Under the pieces are notes generated by a model. It did not search any database and was not told where the DNA came from. It was given only the letters and a program-made list of their open reading frames with translations. A stretch of DNA of 54,865 nt, the filler included, from Jimgerdemannia flammicorona (lineage: Eukaryota): assembly GCA_003990765.1 (NCBI GenBank). It is 3 parts of 3 records of this genome, joined end to end, with 100 filler letters (N's around TTAATTAATTAA, not from the genome) between each part and the next. Parts side by side here need not be neighbours in the genome. Positions count along the whole stretch, not along the records: positions 36,645 to 54,865 come from RBNJ01002259.1; 2 more parts are not named here. The stretch is one strand, 5' to 3'. This document shows, piece after piece, positions 49,141 to 54,865 of this stretch (position 1 is its first letter; the number at the start of each line of letters is the position of its first letter). A program made the translations under genes and the position numbers.

Positions 49141-51670
49141 GTCATGCTTGAGCTTCTTTATCATCAGCACATGCTACAATAATCTGTTTTATAATAGAGT
49201 TAGTAACCAAGGTGAGAGTTTGGATAACTTCTTCAATTAGTAGTCTGGAAATTGCATTGGTAACAATATTCTCCTTGCTAGGGCAATACTGGATTTCATA
49301 GTCAAAGTTGGTGAGGACTTTCATCCATCTGGCTTGCTTCTGAGAAAGAGTAGCCTGGGTCTTAATATTGACTAATGATTTGTAATCAGTCAAAACAGTG
49401 AAGTGTGCTTCTTCTAGATATGGTCACCATTTGATCAGTATATCTACAATGGCTAGCATTTCCTTCTCATAAGTTACATAGTTAATTTTAGCATCATTGA
49501 ACTTGTGAGAATGATAGGCCACAGTGTGTCTTTCTTGCATAAGTACTGCTTCAAGAGCTAGGTCAGAGGCATCAGTAGTAACTTTGTATAGTAGAGCAGG
49601 GTTTGTCACTTGAAGTACTGGAGTGGTTATCAAGATATCTTTTAGTACTTGGAAGGCTATGTCTTGTTCAGGTCCCCAATTTACAAGATTGTTGAAATCT
49701 CTTTCTTACTTTGCAGTCCAAGACTGTTCTCCTTTTTTGTTATGCTTAGTCAATTGAATAAGGACAGTAGTGATCTTGGCAAAGTTTGCAATAAATTGTC
49801 AATAGTAGTTTGCTAATCTCAGAAATGACTAGAGGTCTTTCAGCTTCTTGGATCTGGGCCAATCTTTAATTGTAGTAATTTTGCTGAGATCTACTTTGAT
49901 TCTATTTGGTGTGATAATATATCTAAGGAATTAAATTTCATTCAGAAGAAATTTGCATTTGCTAAGTTTTACAAAGAGTCAGTTCTCTCAGAGTTTCAGT
50001 AGTACTAATTCAAGATGTTTGAGATGTTCTTCCAGGGTTTTGCTGAAGACTAAGATGTAGTCAATATAGACAATAATGAATTTGTCCAGGTATAGATACA
50101 GGATAGTATTCATCAGTATCTAGAAGATTACAAGAGCATTAGTTAAGCTAAAGAGCATAACCAGAAACTCAAAATGTCCATAGTGGATTCTGAAAGCTGT
50201 CTTGTAGATTTTTTCTTCTTTTATGGCAATTTGCTAATAGTTATTTCATAGGTCAAAAGAGCTTATAAACTGTAGATTGGTAAGCCTATTGAATATTTTA
50301 TCAATTTGGAGTAGTGGGTAATAGTTCTTGATGGTCTGTTCATTGAGGTCTTGGTAATCAATATACATTTGCAGATCTTCTTCTTTCTTGACAACAAAGA
50401 GGACTGGTGCACCATAGGGTAATATACTGGGTCTAATGAATCCTTGTTCCAGAAGTTTATTGATTTCCTTCTTAAGTACATCAATCTCTCTCAGAAATAT
50501 GTGATAGATTGATTTGAAGGCAGGCTTAGCATCTGGGATAGTCTTGATGGTATAGTCTACTACTTATTTAGATGGTAGGTCTTTTGGAAGTTTCTTTAGA
50601 AATATATCTCAGAATTTCTAGAGTAGGGATCTAACATAGTTGTCAACTTTGGAAAAGTCTTCTTTGAGGTTTTCAGATTCTCCTTTGGATAGGCAGATAG
50701 AGATAGCAAAGAGAGGGCATTTCTTGGCTAGTTTCTTGAGTTGTAGCTTATTGATATAGGTGATCTTTGGTCTAGGATCACTCAGATTGAGTGAGTCTTT
50801 TTTGCCTTACAGTTTGAAGTTGTGGTATTCTTTCTTGATAGTCAGAGAATGGTTTACCCAATTGATCATAGGGTTCTCTTATTTCAACCATAAGGTCTCA
50901 AGGATAATTTCATTATCAGAAAGTAGTACAATCTAGAGAGTAATATATACTTGGTAGTCACCAATTCAGAAGGATAGGTTGTAGACTTCCTTACTAATAA
51001 TATGTGAGGTTTCATTAACTATGACAACTGCTTGAGTTTGTTGTACCAGAGATATCAGGACCTTGAGTCTATTAGCTGTTTCTTTATTAATGAAGTTGTC
51101 TGAGATACTACTGTCTATCATAATCTTGACAGGTGTTCAGTTGATAAAAGCTTGAAGTATAAGTAGTTTGTCTGATCTAATGATAGTGATTTGGGTAGTA
51201 AGAGCTTTCCTTCTGTTGATTCTTCTTTAAGCTAGTTTATTGATATAAGAGAAGTAATTATCAATCATTCAAGAAGAGTACATTCTAATACCATAGAGGC
51301 ATTGACCACTTGGTATATATCTATCTTTGATTTTCTTATAGAATTATTCTTTCTTACTTACTGTAGGTTGGGCTAGAGCCTTGTTTGATGAACCAAGTCC
51401 TTTGGATCCTTGGATAGTAGACAGTAGTTCAGAGACTTCTTTGACTATTAGGGTTGATTTGATTTTCTCAAATAGAATCTATATGATACAGAAGCTAATA
51501 GAGATCTTGAATAGTATCTAACTATAGTTTTAGATGAGAATAATAATTTTGCCTATATAGTCTTCATTGATGATTCCTCTTTCTACTAAGAGTTCTTTTA
51601 GTACTAGACTACTGTGGCAGCATATTCTTTCAATATATCCTTCAGGGATTTGGATGCTGATTCCTGTATA
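49141..51670 (-). mobile_element. Gypsy copy E, internal fragment (part of dUTPase, PR, RT, RNase H)
   Basis: Colinear with copy C ~29690-32220; RNase H TDASDLAL and EKEMLAIV. Confidence 0.9.
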
Positions 51671-52246
51671 GAGCCCAACCTCTGAACTGGAATTTATCCT
51701 GAACTATCTGACAATCTGGAGAGAATTGAACCTGACATATAAGGACAATTTGACCTCTATACCTGCAACAAGTGGGACAAACTTCATTCAAAAAAAGAAG
51801 TACTCTGATTAAATCAATAAATAAGTGAAACCTTATTCACCAAACTCCTTGCCCTATACCCAGTAAGTCAAGATGAAGAAGGTCTTATTGAAGCCTTCTT
51901 TACTCTTCTCAATAAGAGTTTTGTCAGCTCCACAAATCTGAGCGACCTAGGACAACCAGCAGCAGTCTTTTTAGCCTTAGTCCCTCATAAAGCCCAAGCC
52001 TCTGTAGCCAAGTAGCTCAACTCTACCAACTTTCACTGTACCAGGACCAAGACTGTATTATACTACTGATTCCAGAACAGCAAGGCCTGCCATATTCTTA
52101 AAAAAGAAGTAAAAGAAACTCTTCATCAACTATCTGACCCTGAACCAGAAGCAGGTCCAGCTATAGCCTTACCTGAATCTGAAACCAATACCAAACCAGA
52201 ACTTGACTTTGAATTAAGTCCATCTGAAATCAGATATACAACTGAT
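51671..52246 (+). mobile_element. Opposite-orientation fragment of the Gypsy gag N-terminal extension
   Basis: Matches copy B ~23520-24090 and the reverse complement of copy C ~33705-34280. Confidence 0.88.
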
Positions 52247-52268
52247 TAGTGCTCCGAATGAATGGAGT

Positions 52269-52480
52269 TGATCCGGATGAGATTCGATTCAGATTCGTCA
52301 TGTGATGGATTCGAATCAACTCGGATTGGTCTCGTGATCTGATCCGGATTGATCTGGATTGATCCGGATTGATCCATCCAGATTGATCCATCCGGATTGA
52401 TCCATCCGGATGATCCATCTGGATGATCCATCCGGATGATCCATCCAGATTGACCCATCTGGATTGATCCATTTGGATTG
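52269..52480. repeat. Subterminal array of GATCC(ATCC)GGAT-type motifs
   Basis: About ten 9-13-bp units, several containing the palindrome ATCCGGAT; degenerate counterpart at ~21205-21330. Confidence 0.85.
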
Positions 52481-52682
52481 AAATCTTTGGTGACGTCACT
52501 CTTTCTTTTGTTCATTTCGCTCTTGTTTTTTTTTTCTGCCGCACTTTGGTGACATCACCCTTTCCTTTGTTCCCTCTCTTTCTTTGTTCTTTTTCTTTGT
52601 TCTTTCCTACTGCATCACGAGAAAACAAAACAGCAGCCCTAAATTTGTACGTTGGTCCAGTCTACTCATTTTTCACCCTGCA

Positions 52683-54761
52683 ATGATTGTCAAAAGAGGG
52701 AGTATTCGAGGTGGAAACGCACTCTCTGCTGACAATGTTAGATTCTTTCTCATATGGACAGTACACAAGCTGCTCATCGAGAGCCAAAGGGGTGACGGCG
52801 GTGGCGGTGGCGGTGGCGATGGCGATGGCGATGGCGATGGCGGGGATGAGGGAGAATTCCGGCAACAACTCACGGCAGCCCTTTGGACCTCGGAATTCAC
52901 AGAACTCACAGCTATGTATGCGGCAGCCTTTTTGGAGCAGCCGATAGTAGATGTAGGTTGCTCACTCAGCCGCCACTTGTTTACTTGTGTTTATTTATTT
53001 AAACTTCCCCAGCACGACCCAATTCACCTTGTGCTTTTCTCAGGGTCCACAGCTCTACGGCAAGATCTGCCGACTTTATTCGCAACATCTGGTCAAGATG
53101 AAGAAAGGCTGGTGGACGTTGCGGGGCATGCCTTTGGTGGCTGAGCTGTTGAGTCAATGCATTGCGTGGCGGAGGTCTCAAAAGGAACAGAAGCAAGCCT
53201 TTGTGAGCAATTCTTGTGCAACTCGTGCAACTCGTCGGTGTGCAACTCGTCAGCATGCAACTCATTGGCATGCAGCTCACTCACTCGTACTCTTTTTCTG
53301 AAATACCCATCTCCGTGTTTTATTTAATTTCATTTTTACATGGTCTCCCCCTAAAAAACACCCACACCCACACGCAACCCGCACACAACCTGTCCGCACG
53401 CAACCCGCCCGCCCGCATACAACCCGCCCGCATGCCACCCGCAACCTGCCCGCACACAACCTGCCCACACGCAACCCGTCCGCATACTTATCTCGGTCCC
53501 TCAGATCAGGGCTCAGTTCCAGTGGAAAGGAGAGTTCAAAGTTACCCTAGTTCAACCACGTCCGGCGTCTGATCAAATAGAGAAATTCGAGGGCAAGATG
53601 TTCAGCATGAGCAGTACTAGCATCGTCATCAAGGCTTGGGGGTCTACATTCGAATCAGAGCCAATCGTACTCGACCAAGGGGTCCATTGGCCAGCAGGAG
53701 TAACCAACGACGAAGAGAACCATATCTTTATTAACGAATGTGGAGAGGTGGTTGCGATGGTGGTAAGGAACCTCTACGGCGACGAGCTTCGCCACCACAT
53801 CAATGAGATTTGCGAGGATTGCGTCAAATACTGGGTGGCAGGGAAGAGGGGGCGAAAAAAGCAAGGAGGGGGGGTTTGGACGGGAATTGGGTATACTGCA
53901 ACACTGGCGAAGGGTGGGTTCCGAAATCCCCTGCACTCGTCTCCCTTTTTTTTTAACCCCTCCCCAGATAAATCACACTCTTCGCCGACATACTCTTTTT
54001 GATACAATTCCAGGGATGCACAAGATTCTGTACCCCTACCAGAACTTTAGAAGTGCCGTCAAAGAGCAAACTACGCGCGAGCACGACACGGCCTGTGCGG
54101 CAATGGCGGCTATGATTTGGGGTTCTTTGAGCAGATTGGTAGAGCGTACAGCAGGCCAGCTTGGTGGTGACCTCGGCGCAGCTGTACGTACGTTCTTGGC
54201 ACAATTTAGTGTGCCGTATGAGGTGAGGAGCTCCGCTTTTTTGGGGTGCTGCAGCCCGGGGGTTTCTGCAGCCCAGGGGGTTTCTGCAGCCCGGGGGGTT
54301 TCTGCCCCCCGAACGCAAAAAGGACTGACCGGTTGCCATCCGTTTTGGCAGGTTTCCAAGCCGGGGCTCCCGGGGCTGGACCAAGGGCAGGCATCCACCA
54401 GCACAGCCTGGCAGTATGAGGTCCTGGGCCAAGGGTTCACCAACCGTATGCTCGCGTCACATCAGGATATGTCGGGCGCAACCTTTCTCTGCCCACACAC
54501 ACAGACAACAACGTCACCCCGGTAATGTTTTACATCCCAGAAAGGAAGGGCCCAACCTGGGAGGACAGCGGCGGAGTCTGGTATGACCTCACCTATGGTT
54601 TCGGGGTCCCGTTTGCAGCCAACATGGCCATCCTATTCCAACCACACGACCACCACGGCACCGTCGCCTTCGAGGAGAGCTCGGACACAACAGTCATCGC
54701 ACTCACAACGGATGACAGGCTCATCAAGGCCTGGGACCGGCGGGTGGAGCAGTTTTTGTGA
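52683..54761 (+). pseudogene. TET/JBP-like Fe(II)-dependent dioxygenase gene (~474 aa consensus); this copy has a 1-bp deletion at ~54440
   Basis: Predicted exons 52683-52952, 53044-53202, 53505-53834, 53968-54222 and 54352-54761, all phase 0 (donor of intron 3, GTGGCA, is weak). Restoring the third C seen in copy 1 gives PYARVTSGYVGRNLSLPTHTDNNVTPVMFY...SGGVWYDLTYGFGVPFAANMAILFQPHDHHGT. Confidence 0.65.
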
Positions 54762-54854
54762 GGGTTAGGCAATCTTTCGTGAGGGTTAGGCAATCTTTCG
54801 CGAGGGTTAGGCAATCTTTCATGAGGGTTAGGCAATCTTTCGCAAGGGTTAGGC
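54760..54854. repeat. 21-bp tandem repeat (GAGGGTTAGGCAATCTTTCRY), ~4.5 units
   Basis: Directly visible; about 2.5 units in copy 1 (~18888-18941). Confidence 0.9.
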
Positions 54855-54865
54855 AGCCATTTTGT

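Larger units (their letters stand above)
52247..54865 (+). mobile_element. Element D copy 2 (CpG-rich, little mutated), probable DNA transposon; runs off the window
   Basis: Starts TAGTGCTCCGAATG where the Gypsy sequence is interrupted; same terminus as copy 1; subterminal repeat array. No transposase seen in the window. Confidence 0.75.

Noticed and set aside
52247..52251. CACTA (En/Spm) classification because the terminus contains TAGTG/CACTA
   Set aside because: The orientation is reversed: CACTA elements begin with CACTA reading inward, whereas this one begins TAGTG.
54446..54504. Alternative readings of the last dioxygenase exon: NRMLASHQD as the HxD motif, or a GTATGC...CAG intron bypassing the frameshift
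   Set aside because: Copy 1 supplies the missing base and gives one continuous frame with a better motif (RNLSLPTHTD). The HQD frame stops at 54525 and the intron would remove the HTD motif. Not formally excluded without RNA data.
54760..54854. CRISPR array or true telomere
   Set aside because: Contiguous units without spacers, eukaryotic context, not pure TTAGGG, and internal in copy 1.

Overview
Fungal genomic DNA made of three contigs joined by two 100-nt N spacers carrying a TTAATTAATTAA linker. About 80% is nested, C-to-T hypermutated transposon sequence; a CpG-rich gene island spans about 36.6-45.7 kb. The island holds a divergent SRF/Mcm1-type MADS-box gene with polyQ, a CDK11 (PITSLRE) kinase head-to-head with ARG7, and a probable CHY zinc-finger pseudogene. 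Three repeat families stand out. (i) L1/Tx1-like LINEs in three copies. (ii) One chromodomain-bearing Ty3/Gypsy family: a full-length 10.6-kb copy with a GTATA TSD, three partial copies and a solo LTR with a CTTCT TSD. Its 2.07-kb LTRs carry a ~365-codon ORF in U3, and its single gag-pol frame has a long N-terminal Gag extension and a dUTPase between nucleocapsid and protease. (iii) Two copies of a discrete repeated element carrying a 5-exon gene that, once the two copies are reconciled, encodes a TET/JBP-like Fe(II)-dependent dioxygenase (RN-x5-HTD ... HG). The last two are the most novel-looking systems. All family assignments come from motif recognition by eye; no database search was run.
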